Assembly: GCA_009103225.1 (NCBI GenBank)
Contig: RHPI01003369.1
Coordinates: 1,578,017 to 1,642,016, forward strand
Origin: Chlorokybus atmophyticus
Taxonomy: Eukaryota > Plantae > Mesostigma and Chlorokybus algae
Direction: 5' to 3'
Length of the DNA: 64,000 nucleotides
Part shown: positions 11,280 to 22,849 of the stretch, one piece after another
How the letters are laid out: each line of letters begins with the position of its first letter
Position numbering within the stretch: position 1 is the first letter of the stretch
Program-made: the position numbers and the translations under genes
Notes under the pieces: generated by a model
Database searches by the model: none
Told to the model about the DNA's origin: nothing
What the model saw: only the letters and a program-made list of their open reading frames with translations

Positions 11280-12867
11280 ATATATGGCCTTGGGTGTGAT
11301 CAACTATACAAGGCATTGATGAGGGTTAGCACAGAGCAAGTCAGTGCATGAGGCCTTTGGCCTAAACCGTTTGGGCTCATAGGCTATGAGTTGCCACAAG
11401 ATGTATTAACTCCAAGAAAGAAAGCTAAGTTGGCAAACCACAGGGTCATACTGTGCTAGTGCGATTTGCCACTGTGGTGACAGTCGCAAGGCTAAGTGAT
11501 GCTTGTGGGCAATTAACAAGTACTACTGTACTAGGAGAGCCTATGTTTGTGATTCCGAGGTAGGACTGTTCCTCCTATGGAAAACCGAGGGAGTTTGATA
11601 ATTTTTTGGTTGATGTTCTGTGTTGGGCAAGGTTAGCTTGTGCTGATAGGTCAGCACGCAGTGACAAGGCCTTGGGCCTTGAACATCCTGTGTGCCAGGT
11701 TGGGAGAGCAGCAAGTGGTATATATGAAGGCTTAGTAGCAACCTTAAGTAGGGATCAAAGTGTGTTCACCACTTGAAGGCCACTTGTGTGTGGAGTTCCT
11801 GGTTGCAGCTGATGGAGGGGCTCTCCCCCTCATCCCTTGTGGGTGGGGTGTTGTATGTACATGTGGGTGTGTTGAGCGTGGGTGTGCCTAGGGCTAGAGC
11901 TGTGTGAGAGGCGGGTGATCATTGTCGGGTCGAGGAGAGTCGAGGGTCACGCTATCTCGGGCCGCTGCAGGGAAAGACATGTTTGCTAGCCCTGTTGCTG
12001 CAATATGTTGTAACGTGTAGCAAAAGCAGTAGATAACCCAGCTCGTATGGCGAGGAGTGCTTGGTGGAGCTGCTCCGCTGTCGCTCAATAACACGGATAT
12101 GTGGAGGTGGTGTCCTCCTTAATGTACAAGCTGTGCTGTAGAACACACAGTCAACAAGCCACTACTATAGGTAGTGCTGTTTACACAGTTGTTTGCATGA
12201 GCGGAAAATGTGTTACATTGTTAAGTGAGGTGAATGAGCAAGCAACACGTGGATACTATGCCCTAACTGATGCCAACAAGCACACTGCAACCAGGCACAC
12301 CAAGCTCACAGCAACGACAGGCATGATGCACACGAGCATGCACAGGCTCTCACACGGTGAGGGGTGTCTGGATAACCGGGATGGCGTGTTTGCAGTTCAA
12401 GTCACTTTACAAGCTCTTAAATATTCTCACTCACAGTGTCACTAGCTGATCCGGGAAACACCGTGACTACTTATACAAGTTAAATCATGACTGTTCAGAA
12501 CATAAGCTAACGGTCATATCGAGGCTATTTCCACAGCAATCCCCACTCAATATAGAACACCACTTATAACTGTACTCACAACTGAACAGCTACGCGCGGT
12601 GCCTATGTAGGCTACGGTCATGAGCTACTCTAGAGTCATGACCTAGCTACTGGTCAGTGACGCGCGCAAGTTGGTATGCTGGTAGGCCGAGCGATGGTTT
12701 TGATGTAGGCATGCTCGATGAAGGCTGGTATGCGCGGGCAATAGGCATGACATCATCCTGTCCTCCATTGATGCGCTGCTGCAACTTCCACCGCACCGTG
12801 GTGCTGGTGGGACTTCCGCTGCAAGTCCTTAGTGCTTGTGCATATGTTTGCCGAGCCCCGATCAGCA
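11280..12867 (+). repeat. Gypsy-1 5' LTR (interrupted by an 830 bp insertion)
   Basis: tatacaaggcattgatgaggg...gttggcaaac...ctaggagagcctatgttt...aaaaccgagggag matches 16790-17128, and the continuation matches 19928-20280. Confidence 0.75.
11923..12752. mobile_element. Solo-LTR-like insertion, 830 bp, TGTC...GACA, 4 bp TSD TCAT
   Basis: tcat|TGTCGGG...CATGACA|tcat. The uninterrupted sister copies (~20170 and ~9190) contain a single tcat. Confidence 0.8.
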
Positions 12868-12872
12868 AGTAG

Positions 12873-12880
12873 TGGTATCA
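12873..12880 (+). promoter_or_regulatory. Possible primer-binding site (initiator tRNA-Met type)
   Basis: TGGTATCA shortly after the 5' LTR homology. It matches only the first 8 nt of the canonical TGGTATCAGAGC. Confidence 0.45.
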
Positions 12881-13908
12881 CTATATTAAACTCGGAGCTT
12901 GTTTACAAGCCTTGCATGCTTGTCCATTAGCTTGTACACTTGCTGGACGGTGCGTGCGTTGCATTCTTTGCATGCATGCACTGCATGGCGGTGTTTTCAT
13001 CGTGAGTGCTGACTGTGCGTGCTAGTTGATCTTTGCAGCTGCATGCACACTTGCATGCTAGGTGTGGGCGGTTTTGCACGCTGATATGTGCATTACTTGT
13101 GTGTGCATCTGTTACGGTGACCACACCGTGTGGTGTTGGTTTGCCCATTGTGGGAATGGCTAAGCAACAGCATACAGCATGTGAGGAGGTATCTTTAAGC
13201 AATAATATTGCCAAGACCACTCGACAGTTGGCCATTTTGGTTGCCACATTGCGTAAGTAAGCAATAGGGTTGCAACAACAACATGAGGCGGACCGTCCGG
13301 CTGGACTGCAATTGCCAAGGGCTGATCAAGTCCCTCATGCAAGACACGTTGATGCATGCAACGATGCGCAACCCGGTCACCGAGATTGAAAGCGCAACCG
13401 TGAAGCTTAGCTCAGCTCAATGAGGCTGAAACGGACGCCGCTCGGGGCCATGTTTTGAAGTACGAGGCGCATGAAGAGACCAAGAAGCCTTGCATGTAAC
13501 AGAGATTGCCATTGGCTAGTTACTTGATGGACATGGATAAGGAGTGTGCTTATGGTGACTTGTTGTAACCCCTTCCCCAACCATGCAATGTCGCTGTATG
13601 GGAGAATGAGATGGAAATCCATGTGGATGCTCAGTTTACGCAACACGATTGCGCGGGCAAACATGTTTTGCTCATTGTAAGTGTTGGCGAGATGCTCAAC
13701 ATGCTCAAGCACTATATTGCATGCAAGAGCAAGAGTGCGCACAACACGAGTGCATGCATCGTGCTACCCCGTATATCAAGGGCCATGGTCGCGCTTCATT
13801 AAAGGCATGCAGGTCTTAGGTGAGGTCAAGCTAGGTAAGGAGGATGTTCGTGTGTTTTATGATCCTCATGCCATCCACCAAGTAAGTTCTCTGGACTTAA
13901 CTTAGCTG

Positions 13909-16647
13909 TTGAAGGCGTTCGTTGCGCATGCACCGTGCAATTTGATACAAGACACGTGCACGCCGGAGAACTTCGTGAGTGAGTCTCTTGTGCGGCGCTT
14001 AGGCATTCGTATCACTAAGTGTGATGACATGGTTGTGGTCTTGAACAAGCATGAGATCCCTGTACGGGGAGCCATACGCTTGTCCGTGCATGTGCAGGGC
14101 TATCATGCTCAGCCCAGGTTCTTAGTCATCCCAGTTGAGGTGCCAGGCGTGGATGTCATTGTTGGCAGCCATTCGGAGCAAGCGTGTGGCTTGCGCACGA
14201 ACGCAGATACTAAACTTTGCAGTGTATGCAAAGGGCGGGGTCGCGTAACCTTGCGCGCAAATGGGCACGATGTCGTACCCACTGCAAGTGATGACAGATC
14301 TGGTACCGATGTCTCATATTGTTTGTTGAGTGCTTTGCAGGTAAAGAGGGCGGTTCGCCATGGAGCACAACCTCTTCCGATGCTAGCCCGGCCGTTTGCC
14401 ACTGACAGCCCTACCACTGCAGCTAATGACACTAATGGCAAACTGCAAGACGCGGCTCTAAGAGGTCTGCAATCTGAGTATGATGATGTGTTTGAAGCTT
14501 TATTGCCTAAGTTGCCACGTGAGGGACGTATGGCATACGATCCATGTGGACTCAGGTGTGCAACCTCTGTTTAGACATGTGTATAGGCTGAGTCCAGCTG
14601 AGTATTTGGATATGGAGACGCAGATCAAGAGCTTGCTTGAAAAGGGATCGATTGAGCCAAGTAGCTCTCCCTTTAGGGCACCCATCTTTTTCGTGCCGAA
14701 AAAGGACGGCCGGCTACGCATGTGCGTAGACTACCGGGTCTTGAATAAGCTAATCATCAATTATAGGTGTCCGTTGCCAAGGATAGATGATTTGCTTGAT
14801 CACTTGAGCGGATCCTCAGTGTTCAACTCCTTGGACTTGATTAATGGGTACCATCATATACGGATTACTTTAGGAGATGTGCCAATCACAGCGTTCCATA
14901 TGCCGCTTGGCCACTTTCATTACAAAGTGCTGCCTGTGGACTAGCGAATGCGCCAGCCACTTTTCAAGACGTGATGAATCCTGTGTTTTACAAGCTATTT
15001 GGTGAGACAATGCTTGTATATCTTGATGATATACATGTGTTCAGCCAAGACGCTGACTTGCACATCGCGCATGTGCGCGAAGTGTTGAAAACGCTGCGTG
15101 CGCATTGTTACTATGCTTACATGCCCAAGTGCGAGTTTGGCGAGACGGAACTTGAGTTCCTTGGCTACATTGTAAGTAAAGAGGGCGTGCGCCCGGACCT
15201 GAGGAAAGTTGCTAAGGTCAAAGAGTGGCCTAGCCCACAAAACGTGCACGAGCTGCGCCGTTCTTGAGCTTGAGCAACAATTTGCGCAAGTATCTTATAT
15301 CTTGGGGTACTCATTGCGTGCTGCTTCTCTCACTAACCCGTTACGTAATAAGGTCGTGTGGAGATGGTCACAGAGGCAGCAAGAAGCCTTTAAGTCTATC
15401 AAGGGTTTGGTCACGGCGCCGGTATTGCACTTGCCGGACTTCACCAGGCCCTTTGAGGTAATATGCGATGCATCTGTTGAGGGCAATGGTGCTGTGTTGC
15501 TCCAGAGTGGGCACCCCCTGCTTATGTTAGCAAGAAGTCCTCTTCAGCCGAGAGAAACTATACGACAACTGAGCAAGAGTTGTTGGGGGTGGTCCACGCG
15601 CCACAGGAGTGGCGTTGCTATCTAGGGGGTGAAAGGCGGGTTCGGTGTGATAACGAACCACAAACCCCTTGTTTTCGTTCACCCAACCAACCTTGTCAAG
15701 AAGACAAGACAGCGAGGTGGGCTAAGTACTTGTCACAATGCAACTTTACTCGAGTTTACAGACTAGGGCAAAAGCATATGGCAGACTTGAGCCGTTCGCC
15801 ATTACTGCACTCGCGCGTGTTGTCACTGCCAACAGCAATGGCGAACGGCTCAAGTCAACCAAAGTGGGCACAGTGAAGTGAGGCTAGTGTCAACACTTGC
15901 GAGCTACCAACTGAGCTTAAGAAAGCTATTAATGAGACACTAGTGGCAATCTGTGAGCTTGAGACCAGCGATTTGCCACAATTCCTTGAAGCACTGCTAT
16001 TGAAGCACTAATGGCAAACCACAGGCCAAGTGGGGAGGACCCTATGACTATTGATGTGGAAGACATTGCTAGGCGTTTGCCCAATGCTTATGCATTTGAC
16101 TCATGGTTTGTTGAGTTGTTGAAGCAAGCAAATGGCAAGATCACTTCAAGTTGTCACAAAGGGTTATGGTGCCGTGAGGTCAAGTTGATCGTGTCGGATG
16201 CACTTGAGCCTAAGGTAAGAGTGTTTGTTGAGACACACAATACCGTGTACAGTGGGCGCATGGGTATGGCAAAGACCATAAGGCAACTACAGAGGCAGTA
16301 CTAGTGGCCGACCTTGGTTGATGATGCATCCAAGTATGTCGCATGTGACACTTGTCGACGAGACAAGGCCTCGCATAAGAAGCCAGCAAGCCTGCTCAAG
16401 CTGTTGGCTATTCCCAACTATCGATGGGAGAGTGTGAGCATGGATCTGATTACAAATCTACCAGTGACGAAGAAAGGACACAGCGTTGTCATCGTCTTTG
16501 TTGACCGCTTGACCAAGATGGTCAGGTTTAAACTATGTCGCACAGACATAGATGCGCAAGAGTTTGCATTTGTCTTTGTGAACTTGGTGTTGCAGATCAC
16601 ACGGCGTACTTAAAGAGTTGGTTTCCGACCGTGATTTCAAGTTTCAC
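13909..16647 (+). pseudogene. Gypsy-1 pol remnant (protease, RT, RNase H, truncated integrase)
   Basis: Protease-like LIQDTCTPENFVS; RT FFVPKKDGRLRMCVDYRVLNK, PLPRIDDLLD, VYLDDIHVFS; RNase H RPFEVICDAS, NYTTTEQELLGVVHA; integrase YRWESVSMDLITNLP, IVFVDRLTKM, broken off at SDRDFKF. Many stops and frameshifts. Confidence 0.92.
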
Positions 16648-17128
16648 TATGCATAACAATTACCTGCTCCGCAACTAGCATATGCCTAGTCTGCTAGACA
16701 AAACTAGCTAAAAACTAGAGTTTTGTTTTAATGCAAGATAATGAAAAAACAAGACATATCTGAACTTGGGACTAGGGTGCATAATCAATTATACAAGGCA
16801 TTGATGAGGGCTAGCACAGAGCTAATCAGTGCCTGAGGCCTTTGGCCCAAACCATTTGGGCTCGCAGGCTATGAGTTGCCACAAGTTGTGACAGCTCCAC
16901 GGAAAAAAGCAGTTGGCAAACGACAGGATCATACTGTGGTAGTGCGCTTTGACACTGTGGTGACAGTTTCAAGGCTAAGTGATGCCTGTGGGCAATTTGC
17001 AAGTACTACTCAATAGTACTGGCTGTACTAGGAGAGCCTATGTTTGCGATTCTGAGGTGAGACTGTTCCTCTTATGCAAAACCGAGGGAGTCTGTTATTA
17101 TGGCGGTTGATGTCCTGTATTGGACAAG

Positions 17129-19924
17129 CACCGGCAGAGATGGGTTTTGACAAGTCAGGCTGCATCCGCAACTTTGTAATGAACGGAGCCGGATATAAAT
17201 TGCGGATTCCGTACATTTCACAGCGGATCCGTATATATTTTATGATTGTATTATTATTATTATTACAACATGTCACAAACGGCAATCCGTCGGCGACAAT
17301 CGTAAGCACCGAATCCTCAACAACGTTGAGGATTCGGCGTTAACGTAGTGAAAGGTGTAGATCGTTAGAAAGGCTTGTGTAAATCGTGATTACAGTTGTA
17401 ACTATATCATTAACAATGTGACTATACTCCCCAACGCAATTGAGGACGCGGCGACAGGTTGAAATGCATTGACGCCGCATGCTAAAGCTAAACACATCAT
17501 CATTTACGTTGTGGTTGGGTCCGTCAATAGTACAAGTATGTGTAATGAATAAAGTATGTGATGCGATCATTACTTTGCACTGTAACTCCCCATTGATTTC
17601 ACGACCTCGTCATTCCCAACCCCGTAGGCTAGTAGCAGGCCGCGGGGCAAGCAATTACATATAAAAGGCTGCTACTTGCATGTGTTATGATTGATATTAG
17701 CACATAAGTTAAACATTTCCCCAACTCACCGCAAACAACCTTGCCAAAACAGGTGACGCAGGGAACTTAATGCAAACATCTTTTGGTAAGTAAGCGCTAC
17801 GATTGAAGGGAACGGCAGGTCTAAAGCATTCTTCATCTTCAAGTCACCAACATCCCCATATTATCCTTCACGATTATGTTTTAAGCACAAAAACAAATGG
17901 TACTGGTAGCCGAATACATATATAAATATAAATATATATAGATATAGATACACATACACATATAAAATGTATGCTGTTGGTGCATGCGTTGCGTGATATA
18001 TGCATGCAATCTATTCAATACTTTTTGCGAAAGAAAGTCATGTCGTCGTAAAATGTTTCCCCTGCCGGCCGACTGAATATTGGCAACGGCCGTGCACCTG
18101 AGGATACTCATTTAGAGTCGACCTTCAGTCTACCAGCGATCTCGATACAGGGACCTGAGCATACCGGCCGTCATGATTGATTGGCGGCCGTCTACATAAA
18201 GGGACTAACCCTAATTACTAAATACCTGTCAGGTACTCAACAGTTAAGCAAGCAGCTTGACCTACCTAACAGGTAACTGACCGGTACCTATCAGTTAGGT
18301 ATCAGCGATTGTACGCTAACTGAGCGAAATTGTCAGGTACCTTAAGGTACCTACCGTTAATGATGTGTACCTTAAAAGGTACCTGCTGGTACCGCTCAAT
18401 CCTGATTAGGTGTCACGTGATTGTCGTCATCAGCTGTGCAAGAATGCGTGACAAATAATAAAAAACAAGAAAATAAGTAAATTACAATGTAATATATTGA
18501 GCTACTACTACTACTACTGCTAGTACAACTAGATCAGCACTACTGCTACCACTACCACTACTGCTACTACTACCTTGGGTACTACTGCTAGCACTACCCT
18601 TGTACTGAGCTGCGGCTCCTGCACCGCCCGCTCCTTCTCCGCCGCCGCTGCCGCCGCCAGGCCTAAACTGGCCTAGCCTAGCCTGGTCTGGCCAAGCCTG
18701 GCCTGGCCTGGCCGCCTTAAGGCAAGGAGGGTGGTTAAATGGCATGCGGTGTTGCGCGTAGTACAATGTCAGACATCAACCAAGCTCACCTACTGTTAGC
18801 CATTGCCGCCACCGCCGCCGCCGCCCACAACGCTCTGTTCAACTTGAAGCCGTTGAGCATTTGAATAACTTGGGCAGTCCAAGTTATTCAAACGCGTTGT
18901 CAAAACGTGACTCGCAACGGCATTATCGTATTACTATAATGGTACGAAAGTACCATTGTCGCAATGGCACTCTCGTACCATTAATATAGTACGATAGTGC
19001 CATTGCGACAATGGCCTTGTTCGTACCACTGACATAGTACGGCGGCTGCATTGTACCAGCGTCTCGACTTGCCGGCCGGTACCACCGTCCCGACTTGCCG
19101 ACCTTTAGGGACCGGCGGTCACTTGTTTATCGTACTTTACACACAATAAGTAGGTCGCCGCCGCGTTAAGTGCACGAGCGGCGATCGGCCGTCACTTAAT
19201 AAACGCGGTAAGGTCACCTAATAGGGACTAACGGTGACTGGCTTGCCAAAGTAGGCAGGCCGTTGCGCATACTTTCGATGGTCAGGGTACGACCGACGGT
19301 CGGCCGTCACCGGCATCCGCCATCGATTGTACTTATAGGTCGATCGCTTGACGTCGGTATATGTTGCTTGATAGTAACGGCCGTCCTAAAAAGTCCCTTT
19401 ATGGACCAATCCGTTACGTCAGGTAGGGTTAGGAAGGGTCAGGCACCCCTCAGTCCCTTGTCTCACCGTGTAAAATTTGCGACGGTGTCGTCGTAGTCTA
19501 GTTGGTCATAGTCTAGGTTGTAGGTTGTTGCTTGCTAATCCGACAGGCTTGTCCGCGCAGGCTTAAAATTCGCCGACGAAGTCGCAAATTCCCCTGCTTT
19601 GCAACTTTTTGGGTTTTTGCCGCGAACTGCGGCTATTAAACTTTTGGTTCGATCACGCCTTAAGATTGATCCCCTCAATACGTAATCTAACCAAAAAATA
19701 AGTACAGGATGTGGCCAGTATTAAGTTCAAGAAAAGACGGATATCGAACTTAATACACACCTACTACTTAATGGCAGCTAGATACCAAACCAAGTTATCG
19801 CTGCAGCAGGAAAAAATGCAAAAATCGAAAAGCTGCTACATATGGATCCCTAATTAAGTTATAGCTGGATCTTCATCAAAGTTGAAGGCAAGGCCGAAAT
19901 GTCGGGGGGCCATTTCAACCGTTG
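17129..19924. mobile_element. Non-autonomous DNA-transposon-like insertion (CACTA/CMC-like), 2796 bp, 3 bp TSD AAG
   Basis: ggac AAG|CACCGGCAGAGATGG ... CCATTTCAACCGTTG|AAG gtcagc. Degenerate TIRs match at 11 of 15 positions. Empty-site copies (~11628 and ~9470) have a single AAG. No transposase ORF seen. The superfamily call rests only on the CA-starting ends and the 3 bp TSD. Confidence 0.6.
18953..19014. repeat. 26 bp hairpin (1 mismatch, 10 nt loop) inside the CACTA-like insertion
   Basis: CCATTGTCGCAATGGCACTCTCGTAC-cattaatata-GTACGATAGTGCCATTGCGACAATGG. Confidence 0.85.
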
Positions 19925-21899
19925 AAGGTCAGCTTGTGCTGATAGGTCAGCACACAGTGACAAGGCCTTGGGCCTTGGAAATCCTATGTGATGTCGGGAG
20001 AGCAGCAAGTGGTATGAAAGGCTTCGTAGCAACCTTGAGCGGGGAGCCAGGTTGTAGCTGTTGAAGGGGCTCTCTCCCTGATTCCTTGTGGGGTGTGGGG
20101 TGGGATGTGTGTATGTGGGTGTGTTGGGCGTGGGTGTGCCTGTGGCTGGAGTTGCGTGAAAGGCTGGTGGTCATCCTCTCCTACGCTGCTGCAAATTCCA
20201 CTGCACCGTGGTGCAAGTGGGACTTCCGATGTAAGTCCTTAATGCTTGTGCACAAGTTTGCCAAGCCCCGACCAACAAGTAAGTAGTGGTTGTGTTACAA
20301 TAAGCAGATACATGCATGCATCACACTTGGTAATTGATTGCATACGGCAATCATTGCATATACAGAAATAGCTATCATCTTAAACAATGGTTTTAGACTA
20401 CCCCGCCGCGACGACAATACCCCCACCCCTAAAACATGCTTCGATTACACCACACTTTCTGCAATACGCAACTTGGATGCACAGTGCGAGGTAGCTATGT
20501 AAAATATGCATGTTAATGGGTATTTTTCGGGCGTTGGGGCCTTCAATCCGTGCATGCTCGTTACAATGACAATGCATGCAACGAGCAGGCATTATCATTT
20601 AAAAAGTGCACGTATATACGTGTATGCAGTAAATGTTGCAGACATATGCCGCATTTGCACTATAAGTTGGTTGTGCTACGGGCATAGTTACATATGCCCG
20701 AAGCACAACAATAGTCGACATGTAACAGATATAAGAGCTGCGCGAAGCACACTCTATGAAATACAAATGAATGTGTGCACTGCAGCAAGCACACAGCAAT
20801 AAGCACACCAAACACACTTAATGAGGCGGGGGCCAAAGCAGAGCTATCAAATACGACGGCAACAATTGGACTAGCTATGACACTATGCAAGACACTAGAC
20901 TAGACCAGATGAGACCTTAAAGCAGGCAAAGGCAAGCAAGGAGCAGGCAGCAAAGAGGGGTGAAGCACAACCTGCAGAGCGGAGGGGATGTATGAAAAGC
21001 AAATATTTTCAAGCTGCGTAATGATCGATACTTGAATATGGACAATGCAATTTGCAAATGCATGAGTTTTGAGTGTGCTACATCACTATAGTATAGCGAT
21101 ATATATTGGATAATCTCACGAAGTTCATGGCCATGGGACATGATCACACCAATGTATATGTGCATATATATGTCGTGCATATTTTGCACACGGCGTACTT
21201 TTAGGAGTTAATACGATGTGTAAGATACACATGCAAATGAAACGGAGACATAAATCATGTAACGATAAATACTCGACTCGCGTTTGCTTACGATCCATCC
21301 ACATCTGAAACATTGGTTGTGCCAAAAACTTGGGCCACAGCATGCATATGATATGAGGCTGCGACATGCTATGCAGCATTTCTGAACACCATGGAGAATA
21401 TTACTTGATGTGTGCAAGATTTTGTAGCGAAGCATTTGCGTTGAGCATATGTAACATGCGAGCACGATCAGCGCTGATCGTGCTATTTGCTTATCAAAAT
21501 TCTCTTACAGACCTTCAAGAGCGCTGTGAAGTTCAATAAAACACTTTACATTATGAAATTCAATTAAACATAAAAGCACGACAACTTTTCTTTAAAACGC
21601 TCAGCGTTACGTAAAATAGTTTTTGTGATGGCGTTGCTGCTACCAATAGACACACAAGGTTACGGTTATATACCATGTAATTTGTTACCTTGTTGCATAA
21701 AGCTAAAAGTCTTACGTACTCCCCTACAAGTTAAACATTACTATTGCCGTACGGCAAGTAAAAATCTATTTGTTTGCACATGCCGCATTCTATTAAGTTC
21801 AAACCTTATCAAGCTTTGATAAGGTTTGAAAGAATGAGAAAGCATTTAGCGATTCCTTAACCGTCTTTTTTTTTACATTTTGATATAATTATTAAATGT

Positions 21900-22414
21900 T
21901 GTAACATGAGCAATAATAACAGGGGTATTATTGCTACTTAAATGACATACTCCTTGTAGATAAGTACATGTAAATGCTTATTTATACCTCTTTTCTACGG
22001 TTCCTCGCTTATTAAAGCTTATAATATTTTATTATAGCCTTGGTAAGTTTCAATGAGTGTAGAATCGCCTATTTAAGCCTATTTCGGGTCGCATATCATA
22101 TATGCAATCACTATAGCCAGATATCGCGATAGGTACCTTATCATTGGATATTTGAGCTCATATTGGCTCACACTAGATTTCTAACGGCTATCCTATTTAT
22201 AGGGGTGATATAGAATTGTGAGTCCGAAATCAAAATACAATTATGTGATACATCCTTGATATATAAGGTCTCATCAACTTATGAGACCTCATTCAGTTCT
22301 CTGCCATCTGCAGCGTCATGCTGCCTGCGGCGTGACATGCTTGTTATTGGCGGTGTGGGTATTGGGGTAGAGGATTAAAGGGACGGCGGCCTCATAGTTG
22401 CCGTGGTTGTTACA
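21900..22414 (+). repeat. Gypsy-2 5' LTR
   Basis: Colinear direct repeat of 26222-26741. Confidence 0.95.
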
Positions 22415-22849
22415 CATGTGGTATACAAGCGGCGCAGGTTGCAACTCCATCCACACCTGTGAAGCGTCCGCCTATTGACAGTAAGCCTTTTGCGTTCATC
22501 GCAAAGAAGGCCAAACCACAGCACCCACCTTAAGCTGTTGGTCCCTCTGCTGCGACAAAACCGCACGTCCGTGTGCGGACTGACATGAGCACACCATCAG
22601 TGTTAACCAACACAAATGGTTGTGTTTATTATCAATGTGCCGTTCTGCAAGTTGGTAGTTGCTATTAGGCAATTACATAAGTTGCAACAACGGCATGCTT
22701 CCAGTGCATGTGTCGCTATCCATCGTTATCACGGCCCATGTCACACGATTGCTAAAAGGGGGAGAATGTTGCAACTCTCACGCAAAGATACAAGAACTTC
22801 ACCACTCCAGGTGGTCTTTATTAAACCAGCTGCCAATTACGGCACTTAA

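Larger units (their letters stand above)
11280..20290 (+). mobile_element. Degenerate Ty3/Gypsy LTR retrotransposon (Gypsy-1) with nested insertions in both LTRs
   Basis: Direct repeats at ~11280-12867 and ~16757-20290 flank protease-RT-RNaseH-integrase remnants in Gypsy order. Outer LTR boundaries and TSD are not resolved. Confidence 0.85.
16757..20290 (+). repeat. Gypsy-1 3' LTR (interrupted by a 2.8 kb insertion)
   Basis: Homology to the 5' LTR at 16757-17128 resumes at 19928 and runs to ~20290. Confidence 0.75.

Noticed and set aside
18200-18215. CTAACCCTAA telomere-like or telo-box motif
   Set aside because: Single imperfect copy with no array.
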